Of a stretch of 64,000 bases of DNA, positions 26,400 through 35,487 are shown in pieces. Position numbers and translations under genes: made by a program. The notes under the pieces are model-generated. The model did not search any database. It was not told the DNA's origin and saw only the letters and a program-made list of their open reading frames with translations. The stretch comes from Minisyncoccia bacterium (GTDB taxonomy: Bacteria > Patescibacteriota > Minisyncoccia > Phycocordibacterales > Zambryskibacteraceae): contig JBGTNQ010000003.1 in assembly GCA_041742965.1 (NCBI GenBank), positions 12,483 through 76,482 of the forward strand, in the 5' to 3' direction. Positions within the stretch are counted from its first letter, which is position 1; the number at the start of each line of letters is the position of its first letter.

Positions 26400-26864
26400 A
26401 TGAGCATCATTTCCACGAGCACGATTCTGTTCTACGAAGGTCCGCATTACTACCTTTCCAACTTCTCCTCATTCGCCATTATCATTGAGGGAGAGATTTG
26501 GATGACAGTGGAGCACGCGTATCAGGCCAGCAAGTTTCCTGCCGAACGGTCTGAAATCCGGACAAGGATTCAGCGGGCGCTTTCTGCTCACGATGCCAAG
26601 CAGATTGCCAAGGCGCACAAGGGTGAAGCTTGTCCAGATTGGGACAAGAGGAAGCTCTCTGTAATGGAGGCACTTCTTCGCACCAAGCTGGAACAGCATT
26701 CGTATGTTCGAAGGAAGTTGTTGGAAACCGGCAATGCCAAACTGGTGGAGGATTCCCCAAAAGATTCTTTCTGGGGAAGGGGACCAGACTGGGGCGGCCT
26801 GAACCACCTCGGGCGCCTGTGGGAAAGGATTCGCGCCGAAGTGATGTTGGCGCCACACCCTTGA
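26400..26864 (+). CDS. NADAR-domain protein (YbiA/DUF1768-like)
   Basis: ILFYEGPHYYLSNFS...WMTVEHAYQASKF...DSFWGRGPDWGGLNHLGRLW. The gene has ~55% GC and is followed by a strong terminator at 26886-26920. Confidence 0.7.
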   Translation: MSIISTSTILFYEGPHYYLSNFSSFAIIIEGEIWMTVEHAYQASKFPAERSEIRTRIQRALSAHDAKQIAKAHKGEACPDWDKRKLSVMEALLRTKLEQHSYVRRKLLETGNAKLVEDSPKDSFWGRGPDWGGLNHLGRLWERIRAEVMLAPHP

Positions 26865-26983
26865 TATGGCGCTCAGAAAAAATAACAGACCCGCCGATTA
26901 CTCGGCGGGTCTGTATAGTATTACAAGATTAGTGGGCGTATAATATAAATATAGATTTCAAATTATTAGTTAAATTTATTTTT

Positions 26984-27409
26984 ATGAAAAATTGGAATAC
27001 TTTAGTTTATGTGAAGCTTCGCATCGTCATGGGCCTCATTTTCTTGTGGGCCTTTTTTGATAAATTGTTAGGTCTTGGTTTTGCTACTAAAGCAGAAAAC
27101 GCTTGGATTAATGGTGGTTCGCCCACATATGGGTTCCTCACTCATGGCACAAAGGGGCCTTTTGCTGAGTTTTTTCAGAGTTTAGCCGGTGTCGCTGTAG
27201 TAGATTGGCTTTTCATGCTTGGACTTCTTGGTGTTGGAGTAGCTCTCGTTTTTAATAGATATGTTAAATGGGGTGCGATTGCAGGAAGCGTGATGATGTT
27301 TCTAATGTATATCGCCGCTTTTCCACCAGAAAACAATCCGCTACTTGATGATCATATAGTTTACATTCTCGTTCTGGCTATTTTGGCAATGAGGTCTAAA
27401 GACTCATAA
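26984..27409 (+). CDS. DoxX family membrane protein
   Basis: Four TM helices in the DoxX/DoxD pattern. Confidence 0.65.
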   Translation: MKNWNTLVYVKLRIVMGLIFLWAFFDKLLGLGFATKAENAWINGGSPTYGFLTHGTKGPFAEFFQSLAGVAVVDWLFMLGLLGVGVALVFNRYVKWGAIAGSVMMFLMYIAAFPPENNPLLDDHIVYILVLAILAMRSKDS

Positions 27410-27461
27410 ACTTTTGGTGTTTTGCGTATAAAAAAAGTATGCCATTTGGTATAATTAAATA

Positions 27462-30131
27462 ATGAAATGGTATTCTTTTTCTCCTGAAAAAGTACTTGAG
27501 AAATTAAATACGAGCAGAGAGGGCCTCACTGAACAAGAAGCAGAGAGGCGCTTTCTTGTTAATGGGCCAAATCAGTTGCCGAAAGCAAAACCAGATTCTC
27601 TTTTCATTATATTCTTAAAGCAATTTCAAAGTCCTCTGATTTATATACTGATGTTCGCGACTGCGATTGTCTATTTGATGGGGGACACGGCTGACGCTCT
27701 CATTATTTTGGCTGTTCTTTTTATAAACGCATTTATAGGAACCTTTCAAGAGGGAAGGGCCCAAAATACTCTTAGGGCGCTTCAGGATTTTGTCACCACA
27801 GAGGCCACCGTTGTTCGTGATAGAGATGAAAAGATTATTTCTGATGAACACCTGGTAGTTGGAGATGTGATTTTGCTTTCTGAAGGTGACCAAGTTCCAG
27901 CTGATGCGAGGATTCTTGAATCATCAAGTCTTAAGCTGGATGAATCTTCTTTGACTGGAGAGTCTGTGCCGGTTATGAAGTCTTCTGATACTCTGTCGCC
28001 GAAAGAAATTATACCTGGAGATCAAAAGAATATGGTTTTTAGGGGAACTTTTGTTGTAGGTGGTAGCGGATATGCGGTCGTCGTATTGACTGGCGTTGAT
28101 ACAGTCATAGGTCAGATTTCAAAAGAGCTTTCTCAGATTGATACGGACATACCTCTCAAGAAAGATATAAAGAGTCTTTCAAAGTTGATTATCATCGTGA
28201 CATCTGTGGCAATGTTTGTCATCTTTTTGCTTGGTATATACCAAAACATATCTGTTAGGGAAATGTTTAAAACAGTTGTAGCGATTGCAGTTTCCGTAAT
28301 TCCAGAAGGTTTGCCGGTGGTTGTAACCTTGATTCTTGCAGCAGGAGTTTCTCGTATGAGTAAGAGAAAGGTGTTGGTGAGAAGACTTCAAGCCGTTGAA
28401 GCTTTGGGTCAAGCCAATATTATCGCTGTTGATAAGACAGGGACACTCACACTAAACCAGATGATGGTAGAGCACCTCTTTTCTGGAGGAAAATTGTATA
28501 GCGTTTTAGGTAATGGCTATGAACCCAAGGGTGCTATAAGTGGAGAAGATGGAGCTATTGATTTGCTTTCTCATACACACATACTTTTGGCAGGCAAGAT
28601 TGCGGGGTTTAATTCATCTGCCAATGTTGCTTATTCAGAAGAAAAGAAAATGTGGCAAAAAGTTTATGGAGACCCCACAGAAGCGGCCCTTTTGGTTTTT
28701 TCTCAAAAAGTTGGATTTCATAAAGATGTATTGTTGAGGGAGAGTCCGCTTATCTTAGACCTACCATTTGATTCCAATTTTCGTTTTCGGGCTTCTATAA
28801 ATTCCGTTGAAGGAAAACCTTTTCTTTCTGTGGCTGGCGCACCAGAGGCATTGCTTCCACTTTGTAATAAAGTTCTTGGTCATGAGGGGGTTAAAGATAT
28901 GTCAGATGAAGAAAGGGGAGCTCTTCAATACAGAGTCACAAAACTTTCTAGTCAGGGTTTCAGAGTCTTAATGCTTGCCTATGATGAAAAATCACCAAAG
29001 ACAATAGACCAATCTAAAATGCCAAAACTGGTCTTTGCAGGCTTGGTGGCAATGAGTGATACGGTGAGAAGTGAAGCGAAAGACGCTATAGATCTCGCTC
29101 ATAGCGCGGGGGTTAGGGTGGTGATGATAACGGGGGATCATATGCTTACTGCCAAGGCTATTGGTGAAGGACTAAATATTTGGAAAGAAGGAGATGAGAT
29201 AATATCTGGTGAAGAACTAGCCAGTCTTTCCCCAGAAGATCTTTCAAAGAGACTTTCTAAAGTTAGTATATTTGCCAGAATCACACCGCAGGATAAACTT
29301 AAAATTATCGAGGCCTTTAGAGCGAGGGGTGACATCGTGGCGATGACTGGAGATGGTGTAAATGATGCACTCTCTCTAGCGGCAGCTGATCTTGGTGTTT
29401 CTATGGGTAACATTGGGACAGAGGTAGCCAAAGAAGCTTCTGATATCATCATCACCGATGACAATTTCGGCTCTATTGTTTCTGGTATTGAAGAAGGAAG
29501 GGGTATATATGCCACCATAAAAAAGGTGGTTCTTTATCTTTTGTCTACTAGTATCGGCGAACTGTTTACAATCGTGGCTGCCATATCGCTTCTCCTGCCA
29601 GTACCTTTGACTGCTAGTCAGATTATTTGGCTAAACTTTGTTACAGATGGTTTCCTTGTCGTCGCTCTAGCTATGGAACCGAGAATTTCCATGCTCAATA
29701 ATAGGATAAATAAGAAAAACAAAATCATTGATAGATTTATGGTTGAGAGGATGTTTGTTCAAGGTATAACTATGATGTTTGGTACGGTATGGCTTTTCTC
29801 GCTTTATTTGTCAGAAGGATTTGCAATGGCTTCAACTGTAGCTTTGACAGTTTTGGCCATATTTCAGTGGTTTAATGTCTGGAATTGTAGACACGGTAGT
29901 GAAAAAAATAATGAACGTTTACCAGCAAACTGGAGTCTCTATGTCGCCACTCTGGTGGTGGTGATCCTCCAATTAATGGCTGTTTATATGCCAGTCTTTC
30001 AGAGTATATTAAAAACCGTGCCTTTAGAAATTTTTGACTGGGTATTAATACTTATGGTTTCTTTGACCATATTTGTTACAGATGGAGTTTGGAGAAAGAT
30101 TAGATCTGGCGCTGTTTCTCTGGGTCACTAA
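27462..30131 (+). CDS. P-type cation-transporting ATPase (P2-type, Ca2+/Mg2+-like)
   Basis: TGES, DKTGTLT, TGDGVNDA and ten TM helices. Confidence 0.9.
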   Translation: MKWYSFSPEKVLEKLNTSREGLTEQEAERRFLVNGPNQLPKAKPDSLFIIFLKQFQSPLIYILMFATAIVYLMGDTADALIILAVLFINAFIGTFQEGRAQNTLRALQDFVTTEATVVRDRDEKIISDEHLVVGDVILLSEGDQVPADARILESSSLKLDESSLTGESVPVMKSSDTLSPKEIIPGDQKNMVFRGTFVVGGSGYAVVVLTGVDTVIGQISKELSQIDTDIPLKKDIKSLSKLIIIVTSVAMFVIFLLGIYQNISVREMFKTVVAIAVSVIPEGLPVVVTLILAAGVSRMSKRKVLVRRLQAVEALGQANIIAVDKTGTLTLNQMMVEHLFSGGKLYSVLGNGYEPKGAISGEDGAIDLLSHTHILLAGKIAGFNSSANVAYSEEKKMWQKVYGDPTEAALLVFSQKVGFHKDVLLRESPLILDLPFDSNFRFRASINSVEGKPFLSVAGAPEALLPLCNKVLGHEGVKDMSDEERGALQYRVTKLSSQGFRVLMLAYDEKSPKTIDQSKMPKLVFAGLVAMSDTVRSEAKDAIDLAHSAGVRVVMITGDHMLTAKAIGEGLNIWKEGDEIISGEELASLSPEDLSKRLSKVSIFARITPQDKLKIIEAFRARGDIVAMTGDGVNDALSLAAADLGVSMGNIGTEVAKEASDIIITDDNFGSIVSGIEEGRGIYATIKKVVLYLLSTSIGELFTIVAAISLLLPVPLTASQIIWLNFVTDGFLVVALAMEPRISMLNNRINKKNKIIDRFMVERMFVQGITMMFGTVWLFSLYLSEGFAMASTVALTVLAIFQWFNVWNCRHGSEKNNERLPANWSLYVATLVVVILQLMAVYMPVFQSILKTVPLEIFDWVLILMVSLTIFVTDGVWRKIRSGAVSLGH

Positions 30132-30306
30132 TAAGCAATTCAGGACGGCGCGCTTAAAGCGTGCCGTCCTGATGAGTCTTACTCCTGTCTTTCGCGAAGC
30201 TTCTTGACTCGCTCCACGATGATGCGGAGGGCGGAAAGGATGAGTTCTGTGCGATCCGCCTTGAAATGCGGGGGAGCTGATGGTATTAACTCTGCGTGTT
30301 CTCCAC

Positions 30307-30621
30307 TCATCCGGTCGTCACTCCCACTGTATGAGAGAAGCGTCCACGAAGCTCGGTCGCGAGTCGCTTCCTGTCCTTCTCGCTGATTTTGCCGTGGTTG
30401 CGTGCCTCGGTGAGCTCTTGCATTCCGTCTTCAAGGGAATTGAATTCTCGGCTCTCGCTGATTTCGAAGACGATTCGAAGCCCGTTATCTGCCACCTCAA
30501 TACTGGGCTCAAAGATATTCCACACATCTCCCTCCAGTTGGTTTAGGGTTCGTCGCTTGCGATGGATACAAGAAAAGGTACCTTCTCTCTCAATTAGACC
30601 ATAAATTAAATCTAAATACAA
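30307..30621 (-). CDS. Hypothetical protein in a GC-rich islet, followed by a 43-aa ORF in an ATGA overlap
   Basis: The N-terminus MYLDLIYGLIEREGTF is faintly reminiscent of a LAGLIDADG motif. A second ORF at 30312..30181 overlaps its stop. Confidence 0.3.
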   Translation of the reverse strand: MYLDLIYGLIEREGTFSCIHRKRRTLNQLEGDVWNIFEPSIEVADNGLRIVFEISESREFNSLEDGMQELTEARNHGKISEKDRKRLATELRGRFSHTVGVTTG

Positions 30622-30693
30622 ATTTATTCAAGGATTTTGGACAACTCAACTCGCGTGTTAATATAACGATGATTATTAAATATCCAATTCTCT

Positions 30694-31233
30694 ATGAAAT
30701 TAAATTCACTAATCTATATTATTATCGCTGTTCTAGTCGTCGGAGCTATATTTTTTGTTGGCAAAAAAGAAAATAGTGGATCACTCTCTCCTAGTCAGGA
30801 TTCAAATTCATCTGAAAAGTTAATTGAAAACACGGGGGCACTATCAATGCGCGATTTGGTGTCTAGAGATGAATCTGTTCGTTGTACCTTTGTTCATGAT
30901 ACAGAAATGAGCAAATCTTCCGGAGAAGTTTTCGTAGCTCAAGGTAAAATTAGAGGTAACTTTGATGTAGTGGCCGTTGGGGCTCAAGGTGAACAACCTT
31001 TTAATGCATATATGATATCCGATGGTGATATGTCATATATTTGGTCTTCCGTTCTTCCTCAAGGTGTAAAGATTCCTCTTTCTCAGCTAGAAGAGCAAAG
31101 TTCGGATCAGGCCTCAGAGGGTATAAGTTATAATACGAAACTTAACTACTCTTGCGAGCCATGGCAGGTTGATAACTCTGTCTTTGTTCCACCGACCTCC
31201 GTTTCTTTTGTAGGGGTACCGCAAACACAGTAG
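30694..31233 (+). CDS. Hypothetical membrane-anchored secreted protein
   Basis: N-terminal TM MKLNSLIYIIIAVLVVGAIFFV. Confidence 0.45.
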   Translation: MKLNSLIYIIIAVLVVGAIFFVGKKENSGSLSPSQDSNSSEKLIENTGALSMRDLVSRDESVRCTFVHDTEMSKSSGEVFVAQGKIRGNFDVVAVGAQGEQPFNAYMISDGDMSYIWSSVLPQGVKIPLSQLEEQSSDQASEGISYNTKLNYSCEPWQVDNSVFVPPTSVSFVGVPQTQ

Positions 31234-31255
31234 TAAAGTATTTTCTTGAAAACTT

Positions 31256-32392
31256 ATGAAGCGTCTCTTATTTATAACAATCCTACTCTCTTTTCCAGCT
31301 CTTGTATTTGGGGCCTCTTTCGGAGCGGCTAGAGAGTATCTTCTTCGCCAAGGGGAGGTTATAGAAGGGGATTTATACGCAGTTGGGACTACTGCCACTT
31401 TGGTAGGTAGTGCTTTGGGCGATGTGTTTTTGTTGGGCGGAAATGTTTTTGTTGGTAATTCCGTCTCTCAAAGTGCTTTCCTTATTGGTGGGACGGTCGA
31501 TATTATAGGATCCGTTGGCCAAAACCTTCGCATTATATCTGGTAAGACTCTTTTTCGTGGAGATACGGGTGAGGACTTTGTCGCAGTGAGTAGTGATATA
31601 CAAATTCTTCCGGAATCTGTAATAAATGGAAATCTCTCTGTTGCTTCAGGTAGGGCAGTGATTGATGGAGAAGTAATGGGCAGCCTTAAGGGCGTGGTAG
31701 GCGAACTTATCTTGAATGGAAAAATTGCTGGTGATGTAGATGTTACTGTTGATAGTGTGACTTTGGGTCCTAATGCTCTGATTGAAGGTTCTTTTTCTTA
31801 TTCCTCCCCAAAACAAGTGGTTATTTTGGGCGAGGGACAGATTTTGGGTGAGGTTTTCTACACGGAGTTTGATACTCGTTCTAAAGCAGAGCAGTTTCTT
31901 CCCACGCTTTGGGGTACTTGGATATTTGTCAAACTAATCATTCTTATGGTTTCTGCTTTAGTAATGCATGGAATATTTCGTTCAATTTCCAATTCTTTTG
32001 TAGAGAGAGCTGTTCGTGTGCCTGGATGGAGTGTCGTCAGGGGCTTTGTTTTTATGGTAGCTGTACCAGTAGCTCTATTTGTTACAGCTTTAACTCTAAT
32101 AGGCATTCCATTTCTAATTTTAGGATTATCGGTTTATGTCGGGTTTTTGGTTTTGGCCTACTTCTTTTCCCCGATTATTATAGGTTCTGTTGTCTTCAAA
32201 TATATATACAAGACACCAGAAATACCTGTTAATTGGAAGAGTATAGTAACCGGCGTATTTCTAGTGGTATCGTTAGGGTTTTTAGGTTGGATTGGAAACA
32301 TATTACATACCATCTTGTTCTTAATCACTTTAGGTGCCATATATCAAGGTCTCTTTGAGAGATTCGTTTCTGCTCGTGAGAAAAATGAATAG
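31256..32392 (+). CDS. Hypothetical beta-helix-repeat protein with signal peptide and C-terminal TM domain
   Basis: Signal peptide, repeated G-x-V/I hydrophobic repeats (bactofilin/DUF4097-like) and four C-terminal TM helices. Confidence 0.4.
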   Translation: MKRLLFITILLSFPALVFGASFGAAREYLLRQGEVIEGDLYAVGTTATLVGSALGDVFLLGGNVFVGNSVSQSAFLIGGTVDIIGSVGQNLRIISGKTLFRGDTGEDFVAVSSDIQILPESVINGNLSVASGRAVIDGEVMGSLKGVVGELILNGKIAGDVDVTVDSVTLGPNALIEGSFSYSSPKQVVILGEGQILGEVFYTEFDTRSKAEQFLPTLWGTWIFVKLIILMVSALVMHGIFRSISNSFVERAVRVPGWSVVRGFVFMVAVPVALFVTALTLIGIPFLILGLSVYVGFLVLAYFFSPIIIGSVVFKYIYKTPEIPVNWKSIVTGVFLVVSLGFLGWIGNILHTILFLITLGAIYQGLFERFVSAREKNE

Positions 32393-33005
32393 ATATAAAT
32401 ATATAATAGTCGCCCTTTTAGTGTGCTTTCCTATTTATTTTTTGTTTTTTAGTAAAGAAAATATTGCTAACTATCCTTCTAGTGGAGAAGGTATAGTCGC
32501 TTTTGGAGATAGTCTTGTAGAGGGTGTTGGAGCCAGCCCTTCTCTAGATTTTGTTTCTTTATTGAGTTTAAAGACAGGAAGACAGATAGTAAACTTCGGA
32601 CTTTCCGGTGATACTACTTCTTCCGCTAGAGATAGATTACCTGAAGTTTTTGCCAGAGTACCAAACCCGGAAGTAGCCATAATCCTCTTGGGTGGTAATG
32701 ATTTTTTGAGAAAAATACCCCAGGAGGAGACTTTTCGTAATTTAGAATTTATTATTAATGAGTTTCAAAAGAGAGGAAGTGTTGTGTTATTGTTGGGGGT
32801 AAGGGGAGGTATTTTAAATGATAGGTTTGATAAAGATTTTAAAAAATTATCTGACCGTTTAGAGACCGCCTTTGTTCCAAATGTGCTTAAGGGTATTATA
32901 GGGAATCCAAAGTTTATGTATGATTCCATCCATCCTAACGGCTTAGGGTATGAGCATATGGCAGAGCGTATTTTGCCCGTGTTAAGTAAGATTATAATAG
33001 ATTAA
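32385..33005 (+). CDS. SGNH/GDSL hydrolase
   Basis: AFGDSL (block I), LLGGNDFL (block III) and DSIHPN (block V); start at MNRYKY. Confidence 0.7.
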   Translation: MNRYKYIIVALLVCFPIYFLFFSKENIANYPSSGEGIVAFGDSLVEGVGASPSLDFVSLLSLKTGRQIVNFGLSGDTTSSARDRLPEVFARVPNPEVAIILLGGNDFLRKIPQEETFRNLEFIINEFQKRGSVVLLLGVRGGILNDRFDKDFKKLSDRLETAFVPNVLKGIIGNPKFMYDSIHPNGLGYEHMAERILPVLSKIIID

Positions 33006-33020
33006 GTTTATTTAAAAAAT

Positions 33021-33557
33021 ATGAGCAAAAAAATCATTACAATAATTGCCGTTCTGGTTATTATAGGACTCGCCTTTGTGATTTTTTCATCAAAAGAAGA
33101 GACTCTAAAAGTCGTGAATTCTTTTGATGAATGCGTATCTCTCGGCTTTCCGGTTTTGGAGTCTTATCCTGAACAATGTATAGCTAATGGAGAAACATTT
33201 GTCAGAGATATTGGCAATGAATTAGAGAAAACTGACCTAGTGGTCTTAAACACTCCTAGGGCAGGAGACAAGGTTTCTTTTCCAATCGAATTGTCTGGCC
33301 GTGCCAGAGGCCCGTGGTTTTTTGAGGCTAGTTTTCCTGCAGAAATTCTTGATGGAGATGGAACATCATTGGGCATGGGTATCATGACCGCACAGGGGGA
33401 GTGGATGACTACAGAGTTTGTGCCTTTTTCTGGAAGGGTAGAATTGACAGCAATGCCCAAATTTCCAAAAGGCACACTCTTGCTTCATAAGGATAATCCT
33501 TCAGGGGAACCGCAGTTTGATGATAAATTAATCGTTCCAATCTTTTTCGGTCAATAG
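33021..33557 (+). CDS. Hypothetical secreted protein (Gmad2 Ig-like-domain-like)
   Basis: N-terminal TM followed by a beta-rich domain. Confidence 0.4.
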   Translation: MSKKIITIIAVLVIIGLAFVIFSSKEETLKVVNSFDECVSLGFPVLESYPEQCIANGETFVRDIGNELEKTDLVVLNTPRAGDKVSFPIELSGRARGPWFFEASFPAEILDGDGTSLGMGIMTAQGEWMTTEFVPFSGRVELTAMPKFPKGTLLLHKDNPSGEPQFDDKLIVPIFFGQ

Positions 33558-33577
33558 TAAGGTGCTATAATAACTAT

Positions 33578-33844
33578 ATGTCTGAGATAGTGAAAGCTGA
33601 TGTTTTCTTTTTCGTTTCAACCTTGGCGGTTGTGGCCGTAACTATTCTTTTGATAGTAGCTATAATCTACGCCATTGCTATTTTGCGTGATGCTAGGAAG
33701 TTATCTTCTATGGTGAGAGAGGAGGGTGAAGAGATGGTTAGTGATTTCAGCGTTATTCGAAAGAGGATTATTGGGGGTTTGGGTAAGATTATAAATTCTT
33801 TTACAAAAAAAAATGACAGCAAAAAAAACAAAAAAAGTAGTTAA
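33578..33844 (+). CDS. Small membrane protein
   Basis: Single TM helix and a Lys-rich tail. Confidence 0.35.
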   Translation: MSEIVKADVFFFVSTLAVVAVTILLIVAIIYAIAILRDARKLSSMVREEGEEMVSDFSVIRKRIIGGLGKIINSFTKKNDSKKNKKSS

Positions 33845-34190
33845 AAAAGCAGATAAAAAGAGTGGGTCAGGTAATGCGGGAGCAGTAGTTTTGGGCACAA
33901 TGGCCATAGGCGCATTGGCGGGATATATTTTTTGGGGAAGTAAAAATGCTCCAAAGAATCGCAAAAATCTAAAGGGCTGGGTGCTTAAGGCAAAAGGAGA
34001 GGTTTTAGAGAGGGTAGAAAAAACCAAAGAAGCTTCTGAGGCCCAGTATCACAAGATAGTGGATGATGTACTTCGCAAGTATGAAGCAACAAAATCAATA
34101 GATACAAAGGAAGTTAAAGCACTAGGAAAAGATTTGAAAAAACACTGGCTCGCATTTTCAAAGGAGATCAAAAAGGTAAAAAAGGCATAG
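33813..34190 (+). CDS. Hypothetical protein (YtxH-like)
   Basis: Lys-rich N-terminus, a TM segment and a coiled-coil tail. Confidence 0.35.
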   Translation: MTAKKTKKVVKKADKKSGSGNAGAVVLGTMAIGALAGYIFWGSKNAPKNRKNLKGWVLKAKGEVLERVEKTKEASEAQYHKIVDDVLRKYEATKSIDTKEVKALGKDLKKHWLAFSKEIKKVKKA

Positions 34191-34196
34191 CTAGAC

Positions 34197-35375
34197 TTAT
34201 CGAGTATCTTTTATACGAAGGGCGAAAAAAGCTCCAAGTATCGTTATTGCCGAAAGGGCAATAAATACTGATTGCATACCAGATAGAGCTAATAGTATAG
34301 TTGCTATTATCGGCGCCACCACATACGAGAGTGGTCTGGACATACGAAAAAGACTTATAGTATCAGAGTCGCTACCTTTTGTGTGTTTGAAAAAATAAGA
34401 CTCGGTTGTTATTTCTGCGAAACTTGCTCCGACTCGAGATAAAAATAATATAAAAGCCCAGATCAAAAATATAGGATTTTGTTGAATAGCTATCAGTAGA
34501 GCAGATACAGAAGAGACAATAAAACCAAATATCATCAATTCTTTTTCCCCATACTTTTTGTCTGCCAACCAACCTACCGGTATCTCAAAAATAACAAAAG
34601 GCAAAAGCATTATAGTGAAGAGCGCCCCTATTTCTGGCCAACTGAATCCGATGGTATTTACAAGGTGGAGTGGTAAATAGACGACCATGGTTGCATAAAA
34701 AAACTGGAGTACATAGTGTGACAGCATACCAAAGCGAATATCTTTGTTTTCCCACGTCTCACTTATTGTCTCTTTTATACCTGTTCTTTTTGGCGGTTCT
34801 GGTTTTATAGACTTGAGCCAATGGGTACTTACGAACAAAAGAGGTAGCAGTAATAGTGCGGATACCGCATATATATAGTTGAATGTCATAGTCAAAAGCA
34901 TAATACCCACAACCATTGGAGAGAGGACCAGGGTGGTGTTTGCAAGGGTTAAATAAACCCCTCTTACAGATCCAGTATTGCTTTCGTCTTTAGATACGTG
35001 TTCAAGGAATATATCTAAACAATACAAAATCATCGGTATGGCTGCTTGGTGGAGTATAAATGCAACTATCGCAATTTTCGGTCCTTTGGCGAATATGAGT
35101 CCTAATATACCTACAAATTCTAATAATATAGTTAAGAGAAAGTATTTATATAAGCCTATTTTCCTGACAATGTTTGGGGCACTGTAAAAAAGAAATAGAC
35201 TAAAGATGGCCCCCAACACAAAGAGAGTGCCGACGATCTTCTCTGAAACAAAACCCTCCATATAGGAGGAATTTATGTAGATGATTAAGAAATAATGGAG
35301 AGAAAGTATTAAGTTCGCTCCATAAATAGCGAGAATAGAGCGGTGGTGCTTAATTCGCGAAAGTATTCCTTCCAT
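34197..35375 (-). CDS. MFS transporter
   Basis: Twelve TM helices. Confidence 0.75.
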   Translation of the reverse strand: MEGILSRIKHHRSILAIYGANLILSLHYFLIIYINSSYMEGFVSEKIVGTLFVLGAIFSLFLFYSAPNIVRKIGLYKYFLLTILLEFVGILGLIFAKGPKIAIVAFILHQAAIPMILYCLDIFLEHVSKDESNTGSVRGVYLTLANTTLVLSPMVVGIMLLTMTFNYIYAVSALLLLPLLFVSTHWLKSIKPEPPKRTGIKETISETWENKDIRFGMLSHYVLQFFYATMVVYLPLHLVNTIGFSWPEIGALFTIMLLPFVIFEIPVGWLADKKYGEKELMIFGFIVSSVSALLIAIQQNPIFLIWAFILFLSRVGASFAEITTESYFFKHTKGSDSDTISLFRMSRPLSYVVAPIIATILLALSGMQSVFIALSAITILGAFFALRIKDTR

Positions 35376-35487
35376 ATTATTTACCCCGTTAGAGATGCCT
35401 TGTGGATGTTTCCTTCTATACGAACACTGGACCTAATGCTTAGCACGAGTTCTCTGACTGGGTCTAACAATTATACCAAGAAGTTTA

